Of a stretch of DNA of 42,438 nt, positions 8,585-17,145 are shown piece by piece (the stretch's first letter is position 1; every line of letters starts with the position of its first letter). The DNA comes from a virus (lineage: Duplodnaviria > Caudoviricetes): the IMG/VR virus record IMGVR_UViG_3300025626_001177, positions 1-42,438 of that record; one strand, 5' to 3'. The notes below the pieces were generated by a model. That model ran no database searches and was not told the DNA's origin. It saw only the letters and a program-made list of their open reading frames with translations. The position numbers and the translations under genes are program-made.

Positions 8585-9074
8585 CTGCCTTTGTCTCCGG
8601 TTTAAACTCTATAGGAATCTTTTTCTTACCACTCCAAGTTTTCCATGCTTCTTTTGCTTCTTCACCAATTTTACCTTCATATGGACAAGGTGTTCCTGCC
8701 ATACCCATTGCATCAAATACTCGTTTATCTTGACACATTACAGAAACAGCCGCAACTTTCATACCCATATCATAAAGTGTTTTTGAAATCTTGAGGCGTT
8801 CACAGTTTTGATCTGTTACAGTTTCACCAGTAGAAATGCCAAGTATTTGAGTTTGAACAGCACCAGAAATACCAACCGTACAAAGGTCTTGAGAACTTCC
8901 CCCCGCACTAGGAGAAATTGCAGAAGGTGGTGGCGATATTACAATTGTCTGTCCTTGTGAATCAACTTTACTTTTACTGTCGGTTGTAGTTTCTACTACG
9001 GTTTGAGCAAAAAGCGTTTGTGTAAATCCAAATACCATGACAATACATAAAATACTCAATAATTTTCTAAACAT
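8499..9074 (-). CDS. Exported Cys-containing protein with signal peptide and C-terminal TM anchor
   Basis: Signal peptide ending LFA; PPPSAISPS, NCERLK and AGTPCP motifs; SD GGAGA. Confidence 0.8.
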   Translation of the reverse strand: MFRKLLSILCIVMVFGFTQTLFAQTVVETTTDSKSKVDSQGQTIVISPPPSAISPSAGGSSQDLCTVGISGAVQTQILGISTGETVTDQNCERLKISKTLYDMGMKVAAVSVMCQDKRVFDAMGMAGTPCPYEGKIGEEAKEAWKTWSGKKKIPIEFKPETKADVQKRQWETGRSVIGGALLFVLLLVAAK

Positions 9075-9099
9075 GAAAAATCTCCAAAATATTACCTAC

Positions 9100-9107
9100 T
9101 ATTTATA
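9100..9107 (-). promoter_or_regulatory. T4-type late promoter
   Basis: TATAAATA 26 nt upstream of the 9074 start. Confidence 0.75.
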
Positions 9108-9110
9108 TAC

Positions 9111-9138
9111 AAAAAAGGAAGAGTGATTAACTCTTCCT
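9111..9138 (-). terminator. Intrinsic terminator of the tmRNA unit
   Basis: AGGAAGAG-TTAATCA-CTCTTCCT followed by TTTTT. Confidence 0.85.
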
Positions 9139-9158
9139 CTTAATAAAATGTGATATAG

Positions 9159-9330
9159 TGTCACTTTTCTGTTGCTAGGTAAGTGACCAACCCCCTTAAT
9201 TATGCAGCGAGTGCGTAACCAGAAGGTGCAAAATTATCGTTTGCATTTAGTATTTTCTTCGCGTTAACCCAGCCAAGTACGGGGAAGTCTCCATTTTCCT
9301 ATCAACACCTGTCTATCCTATTTCATCCCC
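9159..9330 (-). ncRNA. ssrA: Two-piece (permuted) tmRNA, coding piece; tag (A)ANDNFAPSGYALAA*
   Basis: Begins GGGGATG at 9330; tag frame 9244-9200 reads GCA AAC GAT AAT TTT ... GCA CTC GCT GCA TAA; 3' hairpin GTCACTT..CCTAGCAACAGA..AAGTGAC. Confidence 0.93.
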
Positions 9331-9331
9331 A

Positions 9332-9520
9332 TCATAAAGAAACTGAACCTAAAGGTTTACAGATATATTTAACTGTATCCCAATGACCATCATTTGGTAA
9401 TTCTGTATATTCTATGAGCATAGTTTCACACTTCAATTTAGTCTCAAACTGTTGCACATCTTGCTCTAAACAAGTTGATCCAGAACAAACTGTGAGTAGT
9501 ATTTGCCAAATAATTTCCAT
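9332..9520 (-). CDS. 62-aa Cys-rich small protein encoded inside the tmRNA intervening segment
   Basis: SD TAAGGA directly after the CCA, ATG at 9520, stop 1 nt before the coding-piece 5' end; hydrophobic N-terminus, 4 Cys. Confidence 0.75.
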   Translation of the reverse strand: MEIIWQILLTVCSGSTCLEQDVQQFETKLKCETMLIEYTELPNDGHWDTVKYICKPLGSVSL

Positions 9521-9534
9521 TCTTAGTATCCTTA

Positions 9535-9597
9535 TGGTGGAGATGCGTGGTACTGCCCCACGGTCCAGTATGCATCAAGTTGATATCATCAACTACA
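9535..9597 (-). ncRNA. ssrA: Two-piece (permuted) tmRNA, acceptor piece
   Basis: T-arm CGTGG-GGCAGTA-CCACG then CATCTCC-A-CCA; pairs with GGGGATG to give G3:U70 and A73 (alanine identity); 5' end estimated from the promoter. Confidence 0.92.
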
Positions 9598-9601
9598 TTT
9601 T

Positions 9602-9632
9602 TATTTATATCATAAATTTTGATTCTTGTCAA
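9602..9632 (-). promoter_or_regulatory. Composite early and late promoter of the tmRNA
   Basis: TTGACA(9632-9627)-17-TATAAA; the -10 extends to TATAAATA; TGATTCT 9620-9626 in the spacer. Confidence 0.8.
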
Positions 9633-9666
9633 TAGAGAAATAGTTTTTATTGACCTTTTTAACAGA

Positions 9667-10980
9667 TTATACTACTGTTTCAGCATCAACATTACTAGCA
9701 TTACTAACATTTGTAGAAGGAAATGATCTACCAGAACCCCAAAGAAGTCTTACAGCGCCGCCACCTGAGTTACCACCACCGGCACCTGACCCACCGCCAC
9801 CGCCACCGCCGCCATAGTTTCCTCCGGCTGAATGACCATAAGTACTAACGGCATCTTCACCACCAGAACCACCTGTACCTGCACTAGTAGTCGTAGGATG
9901 TTGATTTGGATGTATGTTAGCAACACCGCCAACACCATTTGATCCTTGACCATAGACACCAACACCACCACCGCCACAAGTATATCCACCTGAGTTAGCC
10001 ATTGATCCCCCGGCACCACCCCCTTGACCATTTCCAGCCTGTCCAGTTTGACCAGATTTTCCGTCACCGCCATCTCCAGAATATCCCCCAGCACCACCGC
10101 CGCCACAATACTGATACGTTCCAGAACCTTGCCCATCACCACCGTTTCCACCACCATCTCCAACATAACCACCACCTGTTGCGGCATTACCACCTTCACC
10201 CATTACGGTTGATGTGTTTATAAAGTAACTATGTTCATTTGCTTTATTTTGACCACCAGCACCAACAACTACCGTATAAGATTGGCCGGGTGTGACTGAT
10301 ATATTATTTTTCCAACCAAGACCACCGCCACCACCTGCTACTGATCCTGCTTCTGCGCCAGCACCAACAGCCACTACTGATACGCTAGTGAGTCCAGATG
10401 GACATGTCCAAGAATGTGTTCCTGCTGTTGAAAATAAATAACTAGAAGCGGCAGGACCAAATGATAACGCAAATGAGGATGGATAACTAACTGCTGAATT
10501 TACGCCATCTGTTACACTAAATGTTAAAGTAAATGTCGTAGCATTAGTTGCATGGGGAGTAATAGTAAATACATTATCAACATTTGAAACTGTTGTTCCG
10601 TTTAATGATCCAGCAGTTACACTTGATGACCATGTTAAATCCATTCCTTCTGGGTCTGTAGCAACGGCAGTAATTGTAGTTGGTGTAGTGCCATCAGTTG
10701 CTAAACTATATGCTGAATTTACACCAGTAATAGAAGAAGGTGAAGCATTTGTTACTTCAGCGACTAGATACCAACCAACACCGTTCCAAACATATAAATT
10801 GTTTGTTGCTACAACAAATGCACTATTTCCTTTTTCTGTAGAAGTTGCAGGTAAAGCGGCAAGAGTTTCGTAAACTCTCATGTTAGATTTTTGTGGGCCA
10901 GCCGCCTCTGAAGCGGATAAAGGTGCTGGATCAAATGTTGGGAGTGCATATGCATATCGGGTTTCAGAATACTTACCCAT
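9667..10980 (-). CDS. Virion fibre/structural protein: Ig/cadherin-like N-module plus glycine-rich C-domain
   Basis: TDPEG motif, VAVGAG...GGGGG glycine-rich domain; N-module paralogous to the upstream gene. Confidence 0.8.
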   Translation of the reverse strand: MGKYSETRYAYALPTFDPAPLSASEAAGPQKSNMRVYETLAALPATSTEKGNSAFVVATNNLYVWNGVGWYLVAEVTNASPSSITGVNSAYSLATDGTTPTTITAVATDPEGMDLTWSSSVTAGSLNGTTVSNVDNVFTITPHATNATTFTLTFSVTDGVNSAVSYPSSFALSFGPAASSYLFSTAGTHSWTCPSGLTSVSVVAVGAGAEAGSVAGGGGGLGWKNNISVTPGQSYTVVVGAGGQNKANEHSYFINTSTVMGEGGNAATGGGYVGDGGGNGGDGQGSGTYQYCGGGGAGGYSGDGGDGKSGQTGQAGNGQGGGAGGSMANSGGYTCGGGGVGVYGQGSNGVGGVANIHPNQHPTTTSAGTGGSGGEDAVSTYGHSAGGNYGGGGGGGGSGAGGGNSGGGAVRLLWGSGRSFPSTNVSNASNVDAETVV

Positions 10981-10983
10981 AAT

Positions 10984-13746
10984 TTATCCCTCTAATTCCG
11001 CCGTCGGTGGGGTAAAGTTTGCGGTATATCTTGCAAGACCTTTTGTTACTCTAAGGTCTTGAAAATATCCTACAGCCGGATATGTTGATCCGCCATAAAT
11101 ACCTAATTGCACGGGGTCTGTGCCACTACTAAAAGTACTACTTGACGTAGTAGTTGCTTTCGAAACTCCATCCACATATAAAGTATAAACATTTCCGTTT
11201 CTAACAAAAGCAAGATGTTGCCATGTATTATTTACCATTGTGTGATCTTCCCAAAAATCTACAAACCACGGCGAAGCATTACTACTAGATAATACTAAAG
11301 ATAAACCAGCCGCAGGAGACATATAAAGTTGAAACCCACTGCCTCCAGTTAATATCATTTGATATGTTCCATTAGTAACATTTGTAGGATACCACCAAAG
11401 TTCTACTGTAAAATCTCCTGTATATCCACTTATCCACGAATCTTTAACATTACTGATCTGAAGATAATCGCCAGTGCCATCAAGATAAATCGATTTTGTT
11501 CCAGCAAACTTTACTTGAGTTGTAGATGTTGCGGCATCACCGACACATGTTATCTCACTTAATTGACTCAAATCTGAAATAGATGTTTCTGGATTCAATA
11601 GAAATTTAACACCATCAGTTACATTAATTGTTCCTATCATACTCGCATGATTTCCACATTGATAGTAATATGTACCAGCAGTATTAGGAGTCCAACTAAC
11701 CACACCGCTTGTTGCTCCTTGTCCTGTTGCTGCTGGAGTACTGACATTTGCTCCACCATCTGACACTCTAATATAAAAAGGATGACCTGAAGCATTTACA
11801 GTAAAGTTTACAGTTTGACCAACTGCCATATTTACAGTTGCATTATTACCAGTTACATCACCACTTAATGTATATGCACTAGCACCAGAATTTGCTACAC
11901 CTATAGCCATGGCTGGATACGTTGGAGAAGTTGTTAAAGGTGCGGTTGGTAGAGTATAACTTGATCCTGTCCTTACTGCTGTTCCATTAATAAACCGAAA
12001 GTCTGTAACATACCCATAAAAATCTTCATGGCCCCCAGCAACACCGTTCCAACGACCAATACTAAAATTATTACCAGTTCCTGTGATATCACTAGACACG
12101 GTTGCTGTTGCTTCCCTAGTTCCATTCTTATATAAACTAAGTGTAGTCCCACTTCTTACAATCGCAATAGTAGTCCATTCAAAGGCTTTAACTGCTGTTG
12201 TAGACACTACAACAGCACTTCCGTTATATATTTTAGCAATACCACCTTGAACATATAATCCAAGTCCAGCAGTAGTAGAAGGACCAAACCCCCAAATATA
12301 GTCATATCCACTTCCTGTTGGTGGGGTTGAGGAATAATAAAAACTTACCTCAATGGTAAAATCACCAGTTCCCACATTAAAATCAGAAGACTCTGAAAAT
12401 GTTAAATAGTCTCCACTACCATCAAAATATACAGACGCACCATGAGAGGTTTCTGAATATGGAGCATTATCAAACAAAGATTTTGGTGCTAAAGATACAT
12501 TACCACCAACAGTGATTGCATGATTTGATGCAGATTGATCTTTAAAATAATGTAAGTTACCAAGTAAAATTTTTGTGTTTGTAATTGCAGTAAGTGATGC
12601 AGTTGGTGGTGTGAAGTTAGTAGTATAAACGGCACTAGATACAATTCTTAAATCACTTAAAGTGCCAACAAAATCATTTGCATTTCCAGACCCAATGCGT
12701 ACACCCGTATCGCCTGAATAATTTGTAGTATCTGTAAATGTTCCAGAAGCGGCACTCTGAGATACTCCGTTAAAGTAAATACTAAAAGCACCACTATTCC
12801 TAACCACAGCGATGTGATTAAAACTGCCTTCAAGGATAGTACTGGCATTTACTTCCCAGAGATTTGCCACATTATATGAATTATTCCATCTCAATTTACC
12901 ATTTTGAAACAGCAAACCCCAATATCCCGATCCTGTTGAACTAATAGGGTTAATTATGTTTGAGGCACTAGATCCTAAAGCGTTTGCATCAGTAGAATTA
13001 ATCCAAAACTCAATGGTAAAATTCCCAGTTCCGAAATTAGCAATACCACTGCTTCCAACGTCAAGGTAATCACCAGTACCATCAAAATCCAATGAGTATC
13101 CACCATGTCGGTATGGACTGAATGTTGATGCTGTTGTATCACCAGCAACAGTAATCGTATGATTTGAAGCAGAGGCATCATCAAAGGTTTGATTAGAACC
13201 AGTTGCAGTCGCCTTGACTGATAAAGAAGTATATCTTGAATTTGCTATAAAAAATGATAATGTAAATGCGCTTACTTTACTAACACTCCCATTCAAACCA
13301 TCAGTAACATTGAAAGTAATACTAAAGGTTGTGGGATTACTTGCATGTGGTGTAATAGTAAAAACATTATCTGCTTGACTAACAGTTGTTCCATTTAATG
13401 ATCCAGATGATACCGCATAGGACCAACTAAGTGTAAATCCTTCTGGGTCTGTGGATACTGCTGTAATAGTTGTGGCGGTTCCATCTGCTGCAAGTGCATA
13501 TGTATCACTAACTCCAGTAATTGCAGTTGGAGATGCGTTTGTAACAGTAGCAATTAGATACCATCCCACACCACTCCAAATATATAATCTATTTGTCGCT
13601 ACAACAAAAGCAGTATTTCCAGGTGTAGAGCCAGAAGAGGGTAGATCAGCAAAAGTTGCATATGAATATGATGCTGGTGCAGAGTTTGCGCTTTTAGGAA
13701 AACTAACTGATTCAGTTGCATATCTTTTTCTAGAGTAACTACCCAT
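10984..13746 (-). CDS. Tail-fibre/receptor-binding protein with three LamG/ConA-like domains and a cupredoxin-like insert
   Basis: Three (F/L)DG(T/S)GDYL...G(N/D)FT(I/V)E...(V/F)VR.G units; GHPFYI...YYYQCGNHASM. Confidence 0.85.
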   Translation of the reverse strand: MGSYSRKRYATESVSFPKSANSAPASYSYATFADLPSSGSTPGNTAFVVATNRLYIWSGVGWYLIATVTNASPTAITGVSDTYALAADGTATTITAVSTDPEGFTLSWSYAVSSGSLNGTTVSQADNVFTITPHASNPTTFSITFNVTDGLNGSVSKVSAFTLSFFIANSRYTSLSVKATATGSNQTFDDASASNHTITVAGDTTASTFSPYRHGGYSLDFDGTGDYLDVGSSGIANFGTGNFTIEFWINSTDANALGSSASNIINPISSTGSGYWGLLFQNGKLRWNNSYNVANLWEVNASTILEGSFNHIAVVRNSGAFSIYFNGVSQSAASGTFTDTTNYSGDTGVRIGSGNANDFVGTLSDLRIVSSAVYTTNFTPPTASLTAITNTKILLGNLHYFKDQSASNHAITVGGNVSLAPKSLFDNAPYSETSHGASVYFDGSGDYLTFSESSDFNVGTGDFTIEVSFYYSSTPPTGSGYDYIWGFGPSTTAGLGLYVQGGIAKIYNGSAVVVSTTAVKAFEWTTIAIVRSGTTLSLYKNGTREATATVSSDITGTGNNFSIGRWNGVAGGHEDFYGYVTDFRFINGTAVRTGSSYTLPTAPLTTSPTYPAMAIGVANSGASAYTLSGDVTGNNATVNMAVGQTVNFTVNASGHPFYIRVSDGGANVSTPAATGQGATSGVVSWTPNTAGTYYYQCGNHASMIGTINVTDGVKFLLNPETSISDLSQLSEITCVGDAATSTTQVKFAGTKSIYLDGTGDYLQISNVKDSWISGYTGDFTVELWWYPTNVTNGTYQMILTGGSGFQLYMSPAAGLSLVLSSSNASPWFVDFWEDHTMVNNTWQHLAFVRNGNVYTLYVDGVSKATTTSSSTFSSGTDPVQLGIYGGSTYPAVGYFQDLRVTKGLARYTANFTPPTAELEG

Positions 13747-13775
13747 TTAACTAACCTTATATAAATGCTTTAACA

Positions 13776-14015
13776 CTATTTATATAGATTTATTTTTCTT
13801 TCGCTTTCCTTTGCCCAAGCATCTTCAAAACCTTCAAACTGCGTAGGGCTACAGTTACACCAAACCCTTTTAAAATATCCATTAAGTACTCCATGTACAT
13901 CTTTTATAGAGTAACCATCTGGAATCAACATACCCTTAACTGCCCACATTAGACGATTTGCTTCCTTTATTTCTTCTGGACCCATTTCTTCTATAGTGGC
14001 GTTATAATTGATCAT
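13776..14015 (-). CDS. Hypothetical protein
   Basis: Operon-packed ORF. Confidence 0.6.
   Translation of the reverse strand: MINYNATIEEMGPEEIKEANRLMWAVKGMLIPDGYSIKDVHGVLNGYFKRVWCNCSPTQFEGFEDAWAKESERKINLYK
13777..13784 (-). promoter_or_regulatory. T4-type late promoter
   Basis: TATAAATA 30 nt upstream of the fibre gene. Confidence 0.75.
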
Positions 14016-14018
14016 ATT

Positions 14019-14549
14019 CTAAATCTCAATATTATTTTTATGTAATTTAGATTGAATAATATTATAAACTCGTCTGCAATGAAATCCTAAATTGAATAAA
14101 TCTGAATTATTATCTATCACATAATCTGCCATATCTTTCGTTAGTGTCATACTATCACTGCTTTCTGAAGGTAAATATTCCGATCTATCCACCCATATAC
14201 AAGCATCAAATACATTTTGTTTTTTCATTTCTGTAAATTCTCTAACATTTCTAAGACCACAATATATATCATGCTCAGAAAATATATCTTTACCTAGTTG
14301 TGAAGGATTGTCTTTACAATATTTTGCGATGGCTTGATACCATTCAGACCTATGATTATGCCTATCATCATAACATTCTTCAAATGATTTGTATTCATAC
14401 TTGTCTTTTAATTCATCATAAATGAATTTTTTGCAAGCAAACATACTGCTGGAAATAAAACTTAGTTTAAAATCATTACATAGGATTTCGGATACAGTGT
14501 CTTTGCCATGTCTACCATGACCTATAATTAATAACTTAGGTTTTCTCAT
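14019..14549 (-). CDS. P-loop deoxynucleoside-monophosphate kinase-like protein
   Basis: IIGHGRHGKDT Walker A, GLRNVREF, ADYVIDNN. Confidence 0.65.
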   Translation of the reverse strand: MRKPKLLIIGHGRHGKDTVSEILCNDFKLSFISSSMFACKKFIYDELKDKYEYKSFEECYDDRHNHRSEWYQAIAKYCKDNPSQLGKDIFSEHDIYCGLRNVREFTEMKKQNVFDACIWVDRSEYLPSESSDSMTLTKDMADYVIDNNSDLFNLGFHCRRVYNIIQSKLHKNNIEI

Positions 14550-14772
14550 TTATTTCTTCCAACTTATAATATTCCATTACTTCATTAGTTTGAGATTTTG
14601 CGATTGCTTCTGCTTTTTGCCAATCACTTTCTTCTAAATCAAATTCAATCACCTTATCTATCCTCACATCTTGCACTTCGGGCCAGCCTAATGATTGTAA
14701 CGCATAAGTTACTGTTTGTCCAGCATTATCCAAAATACCTCTACGAATACATATCATAGCCTTATACCTCAT
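14536..14772 (-). CDS. purS: FGAM synthase subunit PurS (auxiliary metabolic gene)
   Basis: GILDNAGQTV..ALQSLG...VQDVRI.K.I...NEVMEYY matches the PurS pattern (LDPxG, NPVIE). Confidence 0.8.
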   Translation of the reverse strand: MRYKAMICIRRGILDNAGQTVTYALQSLGWPEVQDVRIDKVIEFDLEESDWQKAEAIAKSQTNEVMEYYKLEEINEKT

Positions 14773-15191
14773 GGCATTGTAAATAAGGCTCTTACGCCGC
14801 TATCTTTATCCGTAGGCTGTCTTGCAAAGACCACCCACTTATATGCAAACATGGTTTCCTTTGTGGTACAAAATTCTCTAAAAGACGTTCCAGTTGTATA
14901 TACATCATCAACTACCAACCATGGATGTTTCTGTTCCCACTCAGAATATTTTCTGAGAGCATTTTGTAATTTTATCCCACCTCTAGGAATACCAACAACT
15001 TTTGAAAAGGGTTCCTTTTGATAATCCATGATCATTGCTGCTAGACAATCCCATTCTTTATCAGATACAGCATCCATTTCTATTTTCCATTCCATAGGAA
15101 TGCCAGCGTGAGAAGTAAATTTCTGCTTTTGAAATAAATCTATTTGTTCTGAGGGTTCATCGTTACCTAAAGACATTCCGCTAGTAATCAT
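14769..15191 (-). CDS. Type I phosphoribosyltransferase (orotate PRT-like)
   Basis: PRPP-binding motif LVVDDVYTTGTS; FTSHAG and GIPRGG. Confidence 0.8.
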   Translation of the reverse strand: MITSGMSLGNDEPSEQIDLFQKQKFTSHAGIPMEWKIEMDAVSDKEWDCLAAMIMDYQKEPFSKVVGIPRGGIKLQNALRKYSEWEQKHPWLVVDDVYTTGTSFREFCTTKETMFAYKWVVFARQPTDKDSGVRALFTMP

Positions 15192-15200
15192 TTAATTATC

Positions 15201-15440
15201 CTATCCGCTTATATAAGGTGTATCACCTACTTTTGCTCTGCGCCATTCTTTTTGGTTAAACATTTTTCCTTGAAGTTCTGTTATATGTCTTATCTCATTA
15301 TCTATATTATCTTTACTACTCTGTTTTTTTACAGTAAGTCTTTTCATTGCCAATCTTTGTAGTCTGTAACCAAGTGCATTTTCAATCCAATGAATATCTT
15401 CTAAGTTTAATTTCCAATTATCTAAGTTGGGTTTTACCAT
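15201..15440 (-). CDS. Hypothetical protein
   Basis: TAATG-coupled ORF. Confidence 0.6.
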   Translation of the reverse strand: MVKPNLDNWKLNLEDIHWIENALGYRLQRLAMKRLTVKKQSSKDNIDNEIRHITELQGKMFNQKEWRRAKVGDTPYISG

Positions 15441-15640
15441 TACTTGCTCATTCCTTGAGGATCATACTGTTCACCATTATATGCTGGATATTGATCATCT
15501 TCAACTCCAGAATTACAACCAACTACTACTATTGCTAAAAATATACAAGAGATAATAGTACCTTTTTTCATCCAATACATAAAGCCATCAAATGCTTGTT
15601 CAGCCTGTTGTTGTGCTGCATCTTTTATCTCTTCACTCAT
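15440..15640 (-). CDS. Small single-TM protein resembling aa3-type cytochrome c oxidase subunit IV
   Basis: AEQAFDGFMYWMKKGTIISCIFLAIVV resembles the [QH]EKT[FY]xGF...TM pattern; possible lipobox VVGC. Confidence 0.45.
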   Translation of the reverse strand: MSEEIKDAAQQQAEQAFDGFMYWMKKGTIISCIFLAIVVVGCNSGVEDDQYPAYNGEQYDPQGMSK

Positions 15641-16205
15641 TAATATTTTCCTTAAACCATTCTGGTATTTGTCGTTTTGTCCAAACCATCTTAAAATTTT
15701 TCTGTTTTGTGTTGTAGTAGTCTTGATATGATTTTATTGGGTCACTCTCATTTATACATTGCGGTTCATGTTGCATAGCAAGTGCGAATGGACTCATTAA
15801 GTATTTGTAACCTGATTTTATATTTTGAGGTGGTTTTGCTAATTCTGTTTTTAATAAGGTTTCTGTGGCATGTACTTTATCATACCTATATGTATATTCT
15901 TTACAAAGTGCAACAAAATGCCTATAGTGCCAATCATAATTATTATCGTTTTTCATGGTCCATACTGTACAAGGATGCCCCATGTGTACCGCTTTATACA
16001 AAACTTCTTCACGGTAATCTGGCAATCTCCAATATTTAACCATTCTTTTTCCAGACTTGGAAGGACGTAACTCTTGATCACCATCTAACATGCGATGTGC
16101 CGTGGAGAGCATTTGTGCGCTCTCCACGATCATCTTTACAACGTGTTTGTCACATTGCAATTTTGCGGCAATGATAGGATCATTATCTAGAATAAATATA
16201 TTCAT
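15633..16205 (-). CDS. Pyrimidine-dimer DNA glycosylase-like protein
   Basis: MNIF.LD.DP..AA....DKHVVKMIVESAQMLSTAH and HMGHPCTVW. Confidence 0.65.
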   Translation of the reverse strand: MNIFILDNDPIIAAKLQCDKHVVKMIVESAQMLSTAHRMLDGDQELRPSKSGKRMVKYWRLPDYREEVLYKAVHMGHPCTVWTMKNDNNYDWHYRHFVALCKEYTYRYDKVHATETLLKTELAKPPQNIKSGYKYLMSPFALAMQHEPQCINESDPIKSYQDYYNTKQKNFKMVWTKRQIPEWFKENINE

Positions 16206-16807
16206 TAGTTTTCCATGCGATAAAAAATATGTGCGCCAATCTGAACTATTTTAGTGAATTCTTTAGCCCATGATGGTGAAACATATGTTGCATGATAATG
16301 TGTTGAACCTTCGGTCAATCCTCGCCACTCTCCACCACTATACATTGTTACAGCATGATCAACAGATTTTGTCCAAGAATTTTCATTTTGTGGCTCATCT
16401 GCTTTACCATCACAATACCAACTGAATTGACATTTATTGAGTAATGGTACACCTTTATCATTTAGATAAGATTGATGAACAACCTCACAAGGTGTGTTTG
16501 GATATTTTTCGTGTGCCACTCTATTGAGAACCACATCTGTAACTGCCATGGCATCAGCCAAAGAAGATGCCATAGTTTCATAATAAATGTTTGTTGCCAA
16601 ACATTGTACTTGTTTCACTTGTTCTGCTTGCCGAGCAAGTTCAATTGCATGTTTTTCTGCAATTTCATTTGCTCTTTCTTCTGCTAGTTGTTCTACTGCC
16701 TCAGTGGTATCAGATACTTGCTTTTTTGCTTCAAAAACAGCATAGCCAATACCAGCGGCAATAGCACAATTAACTGCTAATATTCCGATAGTTGTTATAC
16801 GCTTCAT
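16205..16807 (-). CDS. Cell wall hydrolase (SleB/Hydrolase_2) with N-terminal membrane anchor
   Basis: CLATNIYYE, VVLNRV, CQFSWYCDG, THYHATYVSPSW, IGAHIFY. Confidence 0.92.
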   Translation of the reverse strand: MKRITTIGILAVNCAIAAGIGYAVFEAKKQVSDTTEAVEQLAEERANEIAEKHAIELARQAEQVKQVQCLATNIYYETMASSLADAMAVTDVVLNRVAHEKYPNTPCEVVHQSYLNDKGVPLLNKCQFSWYCDGKADEPQNENSWTKSVDHAVTMYSGGEWRGLTEGSTHYHATYVSPSWAKEFTKIVQIGAHIFYRMEN

Positions 16808-16821
16808 TTGTTGTCCTGTTC

Positions 16822-16868
16822 TGATTCGTTTATGTCTGTATTATGACATACTACAAATCATTTGTCAA
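16822..16868 (-). promoter_or_regulatory. Early-type promoter with GANTC and short inverted repeat
   Basis: TTGACA-17-CATAAT; TGATTCG 16822-16828; TATGTC/GACATA arms flank the -10. Confidence 0.75.
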
Positions 16869-17107
16869 CCAAATTTTAAAGTATATTGTGTGTGATGCTC
16901 TGGAGATAAATCTTTATAACCCAATGACCAATTTTCTGCCGCATCTTCTACATATCTGAGGGAATTATTGGGAAAGGTTTCTTCAAAGTATTTTGTTCCA
17001 TCTTCTGTAAAATATTTTATATACGCATGTTCTTCTTTATAATCAAAGTGTATTTCGCAATAATCATTACTATTATCGGACCAATAAGTTGAAAGTTTCT
17101 TTCCCAT
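16865..17107 (-). CDS. Conserved T4-like hypothetical protein
   Basis: SLRYVEDAAENW motif; SD AAGGAG. Confidence 0.7.
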   Translation of the reverse strand: MGKKLSTYWSDNSNDYCEIHFDYKEEHAYIKYFTEDGTKYFEETFPNNSLRYVEDAAENWSLGYKDLSPEHHTQYTLKFG

Positions 17108-17145
17108 TTTATTCTCCTTTTTATGTTGGGTATAAATTTATTTCA

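Noticed and set aside
9535-9570. Stand-alone tRNA gene or attP fragment
   Set aside because: No D or anticodon arm; it pairs exactly with GGGGATG at 9330 as a tmRNA piece, and no integrase is nearby.
9414-9635. Track ORFs 9444..9632 (-) and 9414..9635 (+)
   Set aside because: They overlap the tmRNA promoter and acceptor piece and lack an SD; 9332..9520 fits far better.
9750-10223. His-rich and Val-rich alternative-frame ORFs
   Set aside because: By-products of GGN-rich glycine codons in the fibre gene.
10455-13746. Diversity-generating retroelement template/variable repeat pair
   Set aside because: Differences between the paralogous segments are not adenine-specific, and no reverse transcriptase is present.
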